Shown one piece after another: positions 52,088 through 64,000 of a stretch of DNA of 64,000 nt. The stretch's first letter is position 1. The number at the start of each line of letters is the position of its first letter. Where the stretch lies: contig OX597823.1 in NCBI GenBank assembly GCA_951406725.2, positions 63,054,001 through 63,118,000 on the forward strand, written 5' to 3'. Below the pieces are notes generated by a model, which did not search any database, had not been told where the DNA came from, and saw nothing but the letters and a program-made list of their open reading frames with translations. This stretch comes from Octopus vulgaris. Taxonomy: Eukaryota. The position numbers and the translations under genes are program-made.

Positions 52088-52947
52088 AAAAGGTAGACTG
52101 TATGACACATGTGTGCAAATAGCCATGCTGCATGGCAGTGAAACATGGGCTGCGGCTGCTAAGGACATGCATAAGCTTGCAAAGAATGAAGCTAGTATGC
52201 TCCACTGGATGTGTAATGTCAGTGTGCATACACGATAGAATGTAAGCACCCTGAGAGAAAAGTTCGACGAGAAGCATCAGATGTGGTGTGCAAGAGAGAT
52301 GACTGCGTTGGTATGGTCATGTATTGCGTATGGATGAGGACAACTGTATGAAGGAGTCACACCCTAGCAGAAGAGGTAGACCCAGGAACACCTGGGATGA
52401 GGTGGTGAAGCACGACCTTCAAATGTTGGGCCTCACCAAAGGAATAAGAGATCGAGACCTTTGGAGATATGCTGTGCTTGAGAAGACCCAGCAAGCCAAG
52501 TGAGACCGTAACTGTGGCCTATGCCAGTGCAACATAACCAGCCTATTTAAGAGTACCCTTCAATCATTGGGCAATAAACTGTGCTTGAGAAGACCTGTTG
52601 AGGCAAGTGAAGTCATCATGTCTGATGACAGTACTGCCTAATTGGCACCCATGATGGTGGTACATAAAAAGCATCATTTAAGTGTGGTCGATGCCAGTGC
52701 TGCCTGACTGGTCCTGTGCCAGTGGCACATAAAAAGTACCTTTCAAGCATGGTCGATGCCAGTACTGCCTGACTGACTCTCATGCCGGTGGCACGTAAAA
52801 AGCTCCCACTACACTGTTGGAGTGGTTAGCATTAGGAAGGGCATCCAGCTGTAGAAACTTTGCCAGATTGGATTGAGCTTGGTGCAGCGTTCTGGCTTGC
52901 GAGCCCTCAGTCAAACCATCAAACCCATGCCAGCATGGAAAGTGGAC
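52088..52947 (+). mobile_element. 5'-truncated RTE LINE 3' end
   Basis: VKGRLYDTCVQIAMLHGSETW and WYGHVLRM. Homologous to 1425-1850. (GAT)n tail. A further tail fragment is at 53087-53227. Confidence 0.85.
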
Positions 52948-52967
52948 ATTAAACGATGATGATGATG

Positions 52968-53008
<41 letters not shown>

Positions 53009-53322
53009 ATTTATAGGAAAAATCCAGGGGAATAATTACAAGGTAGCTAAATGTTGCTTAAGTGTCCCAGGATTTAATTCCAGGATAGTTGGCATTAGGA
53101 AGGGCATCCAGCTGTAGAAACTCTGCCAGATCAAGATTGAAGCCTGGTGCAGCCATCTGGTTCGCCAGCCCTCAGTCATACATCCAACCCATGTTAGCAT
53201 GGAAAGCGGACGTTAAACGATGATGATTTTCGATGATAGTAAGTCATATTTAGTAGAAAATAGGAAAATTGAATAAGGAAACAAGCTCTCGAGATGTTGT
53301 TAAACTATTTATATCTTGAATT

Positions 53323-53407
53323 CTTCTACACAAGTTTGGACAGCTGCATTCTAAAAACGTCCGACAGGATAAATTATGGTTAGCAATGCATCAATCTCAT
53401 CAAGAAG
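53323..53407 (-). ncRNA. Decayed hammerhead-like motif
   Basis: Minus strand reads cuuc UUGAUGA gau.gaugcauu...aaugcagcuguc CAAA cuugug UA gaag. Stems I and II pair, but G12 is replaced by C and stem III is imperfect. Confidence 0.4.
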
Positions 53408-54331
53408 GATATAGATAACAAACTCATCAAACAGGCATGTTAACAAAAATAGGAAGTCCTATAAAATGTAACATATTTATTAGTCATATGTAAACATGCA
53501 TACACACACTCAAATATGTGATGTGTAAATATAAACATTATATGCCTACAAAAAAACAAAAAGAAAACAAAACAAAAACACAAATCAGATAAAACTGGCA
53601 ACCTGTATCATTTAAACAAGAATTTTTACCATAACCTACTCAGGAAAGAAATACAAAAAATATACAAGACAACTAGTAAAAACACTATCAGAAAAGACAG
53701 GTATAATTTGAGGGCATGTAGTTGTTATTTTTAGCAAGCTAAGTGACCACATTAGAAGCTTCTTCATTGATTCATTTTTTTTTTTCATTATTGATTGATT
53801 CACAAATGATTTGGATTTGAGATTGACTATTGAAACTTAGACAACAACCCAGGAGCCAAGGAATAGCTTCTCTAAGCTTATTGTTTGCTTGTGAGACATC
53901 CCCAGACATTATGATTTTAAATTTAATTTTGTGTCCTTTACTTTGTTTGATTGCTAATCTTTCTTTCTCAAGTACATAGTAGTTATTTATGGTTAAAGGT
54001 TATCTTAAATGTCTGAGAAATGTCTTAAAATACATTAATCTTGAGTGATGATCCTGAAATAAATGAACACACACACACACCACACACACATTTCAAATTT
54101 GTTACTCTTGTAGCACTCAAGTTTAATGTACTTTAAGACAGGCATTGATGTGTTGTTAAATAATTTGTTTCCTAATCTGCTGGTTTTGGTTTCAGCCTCT
54201 CTGTATAGTACTTTGCGTAATTGTATTCTACTACAACCTTAGACCAGCTGAAACCTTTGGTAGACAGAAGCTGAAAGATGCCCATTGTGTGTGTGTGTGT
54301 GCATGTGCATGCCTGTATCTGTGAGTTTGTA

Positions 54332-54897
54332 TTGGGTTGTCCGGAAAGTTTGTGCCAATTTATAGTAGCTTACCTTTCGACTTATTTTAGAACATGGTTG
54401 AGTCCATAAAATATGATTTGACTACACCTCCATTTAGAGCTCAGTTTAAGCTATCTTTTCGTGGAAGAAGATTTATGTTCTTATAACCTGTGTTAATTCT
54501 GTAACCTTTTAAAATGGAAGATAAGAAAGTTCATTTTCGGCACTTGATGCTTTGGGAACCAGACAAAAATTGCTGCAGCTCGGCTGGGATGTGTTACCCC
54601 ACCCTCCATATTCACCAGATATTGCTCCTTCGGATTTCCACTTATTCAGGTCTCTGCAGAATAGTCTTAAGGGTAAACATTTCAATTCCTTGGATGACGT
54701 AAAAATATACTTTGATGAATTCTTTGCCATGAAACCACCTGAATTCTGGGAAGAGGTTATTTTCAAGTTAAAGGAAAGATGGAAACGCACTGTGCAACAA
54801 AATGGTTCATATTTGGTTGATTAAAAATGTAATGGCAAGTATTTATTGACCTTTTTCTTTCCTTTAAAAATCGGCATGGACTTTCCGGACAACCCAA
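54332..54897 (+). mobile_element. Internally deleted mariner (566 bp) with both TIRs and TA TSD
   Basis: TA ttgggttgtccggaaagtt ... gactttccggacaacccaa TA. Retains HPPYSPDIAPSDFHLFRSLQN. Confidence 0.92.
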
Positions 54898-56179
54898 TAT
54901 TTCTCTTGCATTTGGTAGTTTGTAAACAATAGCTTCCTGTTGATATCATTTGTTTGCAGTCCACAGTGAAAGTGTTTGTGGACTTCTCGACATGTTGCAC
55001 AATCTTTGTATATCTATGATGAATGGGCTTTTGTTGTTTGATAAACTGGTTGATTATTACTTCATTTGGAAATGAATGGCATGTCGGTTGGTGATAGTAG
55101 GGTCCTGGTTACAGAAAACTCTGCCTCAACATACTCTCATCTGATCTATGCAAGCATGGGGTAGACATTAAAATGATGGTACACACACACACAAATATAT
55201 GCACACATATATATTTATATACATGTAAAGTGATCTAATAATGTGCACACATGCATATAATGCATTTGTACATGGTTAGTGACATGTTTGCATTTCATCC
55301 AAATGGCACATAGAAGAAATAAGTGGCCTTCATACCCACAGTGTCAAAGTTGGTAGCAGTAGGTCATTAAAGGTAATTGTGCTGGGTTATAAGCTATGAT
55401 GAGGGCAGACATTGGGACGATGTTATGTTGAACTGAGCACACACCAAGTTAGATTGTATTGTGATATCTGGTGACACTAGACAACCAATTTGGGTGTATT
55501 TACATCTCCGTAACTTAGCAGTTCGGCAAAAGAGACCGATATAATAAGTATTAGGCATACAAAGAATAAATCCTGGAGTTGATTTGATCAACTGAAATTC
55601 TTCATAGCATGCCTGGCCACAGTCAAATGACTGAAAGCAGTGAAAGATAAAAGATCTATTTTAAGCTCTATTATATATACTTTTCTCACAAATTATGTTT
55701 TCTTCAATGGTTTTCCCTTCGCTTTCACTTCCACACCTTCCTCTCACCTATATGATCAAATCTACACAGTCCTCCCACACATCCACTATCTCACACCACT
55801 ACCCTCCCACCATGTACACCAGACACCCTAAGTAAATGTAGGTACTCTGCAATACTTACACACACTGTCCCCTATTCCCATCTCTATACACAGATACCCT
55901 CCTGTATATGCACAAACCCTAACCCTAACTCCTTTGTTCCTAGTTCCTCCCCATAGAATTGCACTCCTACCTGGTCCTTAAACTTTTTCCTTTTTCCAAC
56001 TTTTCTATTTTTCTCTTCCATTCTTTTCTTTTTCAGATAGAGGACTAGTGTCTGAAATTTTGGGACCTTTCCTTTCCTTCCTCAGCATTGAAATAATATC
56101 TTTGCTAAAACTTGTCCCTCTCGTTTTGTCTGTTATTTTCTTCATTACCTAACACAGCACAACACCATACATACGTACG

Positions 56180-56255
<76 letters not shown>

Positions 56256-57495
56256 TACAAGTATATATTGGTGCTGGTATGGCTAAGTGGTTAAGACACC
56301 ATCTAACCACATGGTCTCAAGTTGTATCACACTGTGACACTGAGAGAAAGTGAAGGAACCCTGATGTATGTATGCAAGCTGGCAGAAACGTTAGCACGCC
56401 AGGCAAAATGCCTAGCAGTATTTCGTCTGTCGTTACGTTCTGAGTTCAAATTCCGCTGAGGTTGACTTTGCCTTTCATCCTTTCGGGGTCGATAAATAAA
56501 GTACCAGTTTCGCACTGGGGTCGATGTAATCGACTTAATCCCTTTGTCTGTCCTTGTTTGTCCCCTCTGTGTTTAGCCCCTTGTTGGTAATAAAGAAACA
56601 TATATGTATGTATGCATGAATGTGTGTGTGTATATATACACATGCACACACATACATGTATGTGTATTTGTGTATACCCTTGTCTTGACATCATGTGATG
56701 ATTGTAAACAAAAATACAAATGATGGCGTTCGTTTCCAGTTTCCTATGGAAAACATTTTCTGGCCATGGAGTGATACATTACCTTGGAAACAGGTGTGGG
56801 TTGACAGCAGGAAGGGCATAGTATAACCAGCCGAAATTGCAAAGATAATCTGGAACTTGACTGAGGATAGAAAACTCCGAATGACTCGTCCTTGTTTTCT
56901 TTGTATCGTCTATCTGGATGTTTTGTTGTCCCTTTTTTGTATCACCTAGTTGTCCGAATGTTTTGCGTTCTTGTCCCATTTTTGTATTATGCGTGTGTGT
57001 GTGTACGCACACACACTTATTATAAATACCTATAATTTTCAGTTAGCTTAACATGTGTACATTTCCTTAGTATTCATTTAACTGATAGAACTGTTACGCT
57101 ACGCAAATTACTAACTTGTGTTTACTCTCTGACCTTCAGAAATGTGTGTGTACTCGCGTGTGCGCCTTTGTCATCATAGTGCTTTGAAAGCGATAGTGAA
57201 ATCAGGTGAAGAAGGTCAACATCTCGTTGCTTCTACCGACATATATTTTTACCTATTTATCCACTAAAGGAATTTCCCTAACGTTGTGCTTCAAATGATT
57301 CACATATCTGTGATGGTAGTGTTTGCTTGTTGACTGCTTCTGTAATAAGTAGTAATTCTGTTGGTGGTGGTGATGATTTATGGTGATATTGGGATTGATG
57401 TGTCCAGTCCGCTATGATAGAGCAGAGAGCTATAATAAAAAAATCTCCGGTTATGAATATCCTCTCTTTATTTAATTTCTTATTTATTTATTTAT

Positions 57496-58412
57496 TGTTG
57501 TATTTCGGGACTGTAATTTTTTTACTCTTTTACTTGTTTCAGTCATTTGACTGCGGCCATGCTGCAACACCGCCTTTAATCGAGCAACTCGACCCCGGGA
57601 CTTATTCTTTTGTATGCCCAGTACTTATTCTATCGGTCTGCTTTTGCCGAACCGCTAAGTAACGGGGACATAAACACACCAGCATCGGTTGTCAAGTAAT
57701 GCTAGGGGGACAGACACACACACACACATATATATATATATACATATATATGACGGGCTTCTTTCAGTTTCCGTCTACCAAATCCACTCACAAGGCTTTG
57801 GTCGGCCCGAGGCTATAGTAGAAGACACTTGCCCAAGGTGCCACGCAGTGGGACTGAACCCGGAACCATGTGGTTGGTAAACAAGCTACTTACCACACAG
57901 CCACTCCTGCGCTGTAATTTCTTTTTATTTTGCCAAATAAACACACGCACTATATATTCGTTCTCCATTCGTTTATTACTGTTCTTATTCTAAACTCGTG
58001 CCCTGAAATCTTTCGTCACACATCCGTGACCTCTTGAGTGACACTGTCCATCTTCATGAGACGAAAGATTTCCGGACAATGGACACGAGTTAGAATAAGA
58101 ACAGAAGGCGGCGAGCTGGCAGAAACGTTAGCACGCCGGGCGAAATGCGTAGCCGTATTTCGCCTGTCGTTACGTTCTGAGTTCAAATTCCGCCGAGGTC
58201 GACTTTGCCTTTCAGCCTTTCGGGGTCGATAAATTAAGTACCAGTTACGCACTGGAGTCGATATAATCGACTTAATCCGTGTGTCTGCCTTTGTTTGTCC
58301 TCTCTGTGTTTAGCCCCTTGTGGGTAGTAAAGAAACAGTAATAAACGAGTGAAGAACGATGTTTATTTGGCTAAAAAAAGAAACAAAAAACTGACCGTTC
58401 CGAAATACAGCA
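57496..58412. mobile_element. Fold-back (palindromic) element interrupted by two SINEs
   Basis: tgttgtatttcgg / ccgaaatacagca, gccaaataaaca / tgtttatttggc, cgtttattactgtt / aacagtaataaacg, gaaatctttcgtc / gacgaaagatttc. The SINE A insertion has TSD ctgtaattt. Confidence 0.75.
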
Positions 58413-59846
58413 CATACCATTTGTTTCATATGAAAACTTTAAAGCTCTACAGAAACGACAATTTGTGTTTAGCTCACCAATTTGGACAGAGTTATCATTT
58501 TTATAAGAATGGGATGGATCATATCTGAAAACAGCTTCAGGAGTTGTGAAGAACGAATTTGTACGTAGTCTGTTTCTGAGAGCTATTCTATTGGCTGTCT
58601 ACTCATTAAAACATTGATTTAATGATCCAGCATATTACTTATTTCTGGAGAGATTACGTCTTTTCTGTGTTTCTCCTGCTCATTCCGTAAAAAAATTATT
58701 TGAAGAGAGCTGAAATTGAAAGAAGAGAAAGCGAAAAGGACAGAGAAAGAAACTAAAAGATGTATGTACGTCTATAGGAAATGGACGTGTGTGTGTGTGA
58801 GAGAGAGAGAGATAGAGTGAAGGTGTGTGTCGTAATGATTGATGTGTTTTAAGGTACACACAGAAATTGTGACGTCATCGTATAAAATGTTTACGTTAGT
58901 AGATTTATGGAAAAGATTATAAGTTTAAATTTTGAAATGGAAATTAAGTTTAATTTGTAGCCGAAATAGCAGTGAATCTTTTTATACCCCATACGTCAAA
59001 ATCTGTAAATCGGTTTTGGAATGCATAAGGAATATATATATATATATATCTGTAAATACTTTCAATCCGAAGGTATTATCTCACATAGAGACGTAATACT
59101 GAAATAGTGGAAGAGATAAGAGATTGCTCTGGGCTCGCATTAGGCAAGAAGTTGGAAATTTATTTGGTCAATGACACTGCATGGACCTTGGCTTTTGTAT
59201 TTGATGACTGTTGCTTTAAGTATTTTATTTCAATTTTTATGTATGTTTGAGCCAATGAGGGAAACCTCTACATGGTAGCTAAACCTAGTAGAAATAGCAG
59301 CCAATTTCCCCTCAAAACACCTTACTGTCTTAATCCGACAATTCTACCTATTAAGATTATTAACCCGAAACTTGGACGCTGTTAAGTAGTGGAGATGTTT
59401 GGTGATTGTATGTGGTGGTTACTTTTGACTGTTTATTCTCAATAAGGATAATTGATTGATAACGTGTCTTAACATATATATATATATATACATACACACA
59501 CACAACTTCAAGTGGAATCGGACATCATAAGAGAGACGGAGAGAGGAAAGAAGAAAGACAGCATAGCGACGGTTTTGGCTAACTGTCATCCTGTACTCCC
59601 CTTGTTGCTAGTGAAATGGTATGTGCCGGCTGTCTGAGCAAACTCATTGCTTTTAATGGCGGAACAAACAAGACAAAAAGATTACAAAAATAGCGATTCT
59701 CATTTTGAAACTAACAATTTTGAAAATCTTTTTAGATTATGGAACGTCCCGCTCTTATGTCTCCATGTTTAAAATTTCAGCGCGATCGGATGAACAACAC
59801 TCTAGTTATAAGCGCACAAACAGACAGAACAGATTTTATATATTAG

Positions 59847-59877
<31 letters not shown>

Positions 59878-60439
59878 GTAGACCCAGAAATTGTTCGCAA
59901 ACAGCAGCAGTAATTTTCTTCAGCTGTATACACGTCATTGATTGGTTAAAATTACCCAAATACGACAGCTTTAACACGAAATAACTTCTAAAATACAAAA
60001 TTCTGTCGAAAACACTAAGAGTAAACCCTATTCTATGTGATACATTCTACCAGTATCCGAAGTTTCAAAGTATTTAGCTGAAAAAAAAAAAAACTAATTA
60101 AAATATCTGGCCGTCGAATTGAATGTTTCTAGTTTAGGTACAAAGCCAGAAAATTTGTGTGTAGGCAGTTAGTCGATACTATGCTCACCTTTCTGTACTT
60201 ATGACGAAGTTGAGTCCAGCGAGATTTGGGCTCGCGTACCTTAAATAATACAATGGAGTTAATAATTGCTCTATTTCTTTCATGGAAATCGAAAGCTAGG
60301 AAACGTACAAAAGAGTGGGTATCACCTATCTGCCTCATGGCGGTGAGAGCGAAAGTTAAATCAGAGCAACTAGAGACAGCTAGTGTTCTTTTTCGTCCTT
60401 TTTCTCTTCCTCCTCCTCCTCTATATACGTGTGTGCAAA

Positions 60440-60476
<37 letters not shown>

Positions 60477-62099
60477 GTGTGCAGGTGAGGATGCCTCGTT
60501 ATGTCCGAAATTAACTTAAGCACTAACGTGAAGATATTTTCTTTATCTCCCATTTTCTTGGGAAGCCATAGGCCAACGGGTTAGGGTCTGAAGAAACGCT
60601 GTAAAGCTTAAGCGCTTATGGACGTGAAACCCAAGGTAACCCCACAGACCGGCCATATCTATCTTTATCTATATACTCTACTGCTATATAACTTAGAGCG
60701 TGCTTCTCTTTCGGATTATGATTTACTGAAGATATATATAAATGTGTGTGACCAGTGCCTCATCATTTTTTCGCCCTGCTATCTACAGTACGCACCGAGC
60801 CCTGCATCTATATCTTCCTCCCCACTACACATCTCATATTCCTTATCTCTCCCTCTCTCTCTCAATAATGAATTTGTCTTCCCTTATTTATCTACCTCAC
60901 AACATGCGAGAGATATAAATACAGGCTTACCTCAACTTACGTCGGTAATTGGTTTCAAGACATGCGACTTAACTTGAAAACCGAGTTACACGGGAAAAAA
61001 AAAAGTGGAAAGACTTCTGTCGCCCCACCCCCACCCCATTTTCTCCCAAATTTGTTAATTTTTGTAATTTTTTTTTTTCTCCCCCAAATCCCCGTTTTCG
61101 GATACAGAGGTTCCAGGAAATTGCCAAAAAATCAGCATTGTGAAAATTCTCACCCACCTTCTCCAACTTCTTCAATTTTGACTTTTCCTCCCAACACTAA
61201 TCCTAACCCTAAAGCCCTAACCTTAAGTACAGAAATGTTTTGAAATTCTTGTCCGAATCATGATGTCCGTATTTTTCCGCATATTTAGAAAAAAAATTCT
61301 TTAAAAAAAATTTTACAAAGATTTGTGGAAAATTCTTTTCAGAATCAATAATCTCTGTATTTTTCCGCATATTTTGCGAAAAAAGAAAAAAATTGCGAAA
61401 AAGTTAAAGATGAAGGAAATGGAGGTGTGTGTGTGTGTGGGGGGGGGGGTAATTTAGAAATGTCGAATTTTGCCAATTTTTTTTTGCATATTTGTATTTT
61501 TTTAAGGGTGTTTTTTTCGGCGGGGGCGGAAGTCTTGCCAAAAAAGAGAAAAAAAGCTTGTAGCTGTTCAAATAAATGCTTTATGGATATTTTTTTACAC
61601 GTACTTTGATTTTCCACTTCAAGTATGGATTTTTTTTTTTTTTATTATTCAACGTAAAGTTTAATAAATCAACAGAAGTTGATGTTTTTTATGCTTCCTG
61701 TTTTTTTTTTTTTTTTTTTTTTTTCAAAAAATGTCGAAGCTGTAACTCGAAACGACGTAAGTTGAAGTGTGCCTGTCCTATGTAAATAGAGATGTAAGAT
61801 AACTTTACATGCTGTTTACTAAAAATACAGCTGCCTGCTTTATACATCTATATTTATATATGTATATTAAAAAAAAAAAATTATGTATTCATTTTTTTTT
61901 TATCTATTCTCTCTCGCAAAACTACTGCCATTAGCTTTCGTTCTTCTGCTGCCATTCCGGCGTCATTATTAATGTGCGTGCATTTGTCTTATTGTAAACA
62001 CACGAAAAGCGTGTGGCGTTATTTCAAACCCTTGTACTTATCCCCCACCCATCATCAATCCATTCATTCTCACGTGCATTCTTGTGTACCTCTCTCACT

Positions 62100-64000
62100 T
62101 TTTGCGTCTCCGTCCTTCTTTCTCTTTCTGTGTCTCTGTCCCTTTCTCACTTGTGTCTCCGTTCTTCTTTCTCTTTTTGTGTCTCTGTCCCTGCCCCTCT
62201 CTTTTGTGTCTCTGTGTCGCTGATAACCTCTCTTTTGTGTCACTGACCCCCTCTCTTTTGTGTAGCTGTCCCCCTCTCTTTTGTGTCCCTGTCCCTCTCT
62301 CTTTTGTGTCTCTGTCCCTCTCTCTTTTGTGTCTCTGTCTCTCTCTTTTGTGTCTCTGTCCCTCTCCCTTTTGTGTCCCTGTCCCTCTATCTTTTGTGTC
62401 TCTGTCCCTCTCTCTTTTGTGTCCCTGTCCCTCTATCTTTTGTGTCTCTGTCCCTCTCTCTTTTGTGTCGCTGTCTCTCTCTTTTGTGTCTCTGTCCCTC
62501 TCTCTTTTGTGTCGCTGTCCCCCTCTCTTTTGTGTCGCTGTTCCCCTCTCTTTTGTGTCGCTGTCCCCCTCTCTTTTGTGTCGCTGTCTCTCTCTCTTTT
62601 GTGTCCCTGTTCCTCTCTCTTTTGTGTCTCTCTCTCTCTTTTGTGTCGCTGTCCCCCTCTCTTTTGTGTCTCTGTCCCTCTCTCTTTTGTGTCTCTGTCC
62701 CTCTCTCTTTTGTGTCTGTCCCTCTCTTTTGTGTCTCTGTCCCCCTCTCTTTTATGTCGCTGTCCCTCTCTCTTCTGTGTCTCTGTCCTCCTCTTTTTTG
62801 TGTCTCTGTCTCCCTCTCTCTCTTTTGTGTCTCTGTCCCCCTCTCTTTTGTGTCTCTGTTTCTCTCTCTTTTGTGTCTCTGTCCCCCTCTCTTTTGTGTC
62901 CCTGTTCCTCTCTCTTTTGTGTCTCTGTCTCTCTCTCTTTTGTGTCTATGTTCCTCTCTCTTTTGTGTAGCTGTCCCTCTCTCTTTTGTGTCTCTGCCCC
63001 TCTCTCTTTTGTGTCTCTGCCCCTCTCTCTTTTGTGTCTCTGTCCCTCTCTCTTTTGTGTCTCTGTCCCTCTCTCTTTTGTGTCCCTGTTCCTCTCTCTT
63101 TTGTGTAGCTGTCCCTCTCTCTTTTGTGTCTCTGCCCCTCTCTCTTTTGTGTCCCTGTTCCTCTCTCTTTTGTGTCTCTGTCCCTCTCTCTTTTGTGTCG
63201 CTGTCCCTCTCTCTTTTGTGTCGCTGTCCCTCTCTCTTTTGTGTCTCTGTCCCTCTATCTTTTGTGTCTCTGTCCCTGTCTTTGTGTCTCTGTCCCTCTC
63301 TCTTTTGTGTCTCTGTCCCTCTCTCTTTTGTGTCTCTGTCCCTCTCTCTTTTGTGTCTCTGTCCCTCTCTCTTATGTGTCTCTGTCCCTCTCTCTTTTGT
63401 GTCTCTGTCCCTCTCTCTTTTGTGTCTCTGTCCCTCTCTCTTTTGTGTCTCTGCCCCTCTCGCTTTTGTGTCTCTGTCCCTGTCTCTTTTGTGTCGCTGT
63501 CCTCCTCTCTTTTGTGTCCCTGTTCCTCTCTCTTTTGTGTCTCTCCCTCTCTCTTTTGTGTCTCTGTCCCTCTCTCTTTTGTGTCTCTGTCCCTCTCTCT
63601 TTTGTGTCTCTGTCCCTCTCTCTTTTGCGCCTCTGTCCCTCTCTCTTTTGCGTCTCTGTCCCTCTCTCTTTTGCGTCTCTGTCCCTCTCTCTTTTGCGTC
63701 TCTGTCCCTCTCTCTTTTGCGTCTCTGTCCCTCTCTCTTTTGTGTCGCTGTCCCTCTATCTTTTGTGTCTCTGTCCCTCTATCTTTTGTGTCTCTGTCCC
63801 TCTGTCTTTGTGTCTCTGTCCCTCTCTCTTTTGTGTCTCTGTCCCTCTCTCTTTTGTGTCTCTGTCCCTCTCTCTTTTGTGTCGCTGTCCCTCTCTCCTT
63901 TGTGTCTCTGTCCCTCTCTCCTTTGTGTCCCTGTCCCTCTCTCTTCTGTGTCTGTGTCTCTCTCTTTTGTGTCTGTTCCTCTCTCTTTTGTGTCTCTGTC
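62100..64000. repeat. About 23-bp pyrimidine-rich minisatellite (GTGTCTCTGTCCCTCTCTCTTTT)n running off the window end
   Basis: Direct reading. Degenerate at the left edge and more regular to the right. Confidence 0.95.

Noticed and set aside
62281-62970. 229-aa Leu/Ser/Cys ORF
   Set aside because: Translation of the 23-bp minisatellite.

Overview
AT-rich, microsatellite-dense eukaryotic intergenic or intronic DNA. The SINE, RTE and mariner repertoire looks cephalopod (Octopus-like), but that is recognition from memory, not a database result. No host protein-coding gene can be supported. The window is a mosaic of decayed LINEs (RTE, CR1/L2-like, CRE-like), tRNA-derived SINEs, mariner/Tc1/pogo/hAT/MULE/Helitron-type DNA elements and simple repeats. 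The main signal is a set of non-coding elements carrying type I hammerhead ribozyme (HHR) motifs with palindromic stem III. (i) An array of 10.8 apparently identical 359-bp units plus a 1.4-unit inverted arm at 23398-27773 holds 12 HHR copies. (ii) Three diverged relatives (14373-14740, 21267-21410, 22812-23078) preserve pairing rather than sequence. (iii) An unrelated 589-bp HHR unit at 47210-47956 has the same inverted-head plus partial-tandem layout. (iv) Several minimal HHRs carry non-canonical cores (CCGAUGA, GUGAACA, UUGAAAA). This fits non-autonomous Penelope-like/retrozyme retroelements that may make small circular RNAs. Activity and expression cannot be shown from sequence alone.
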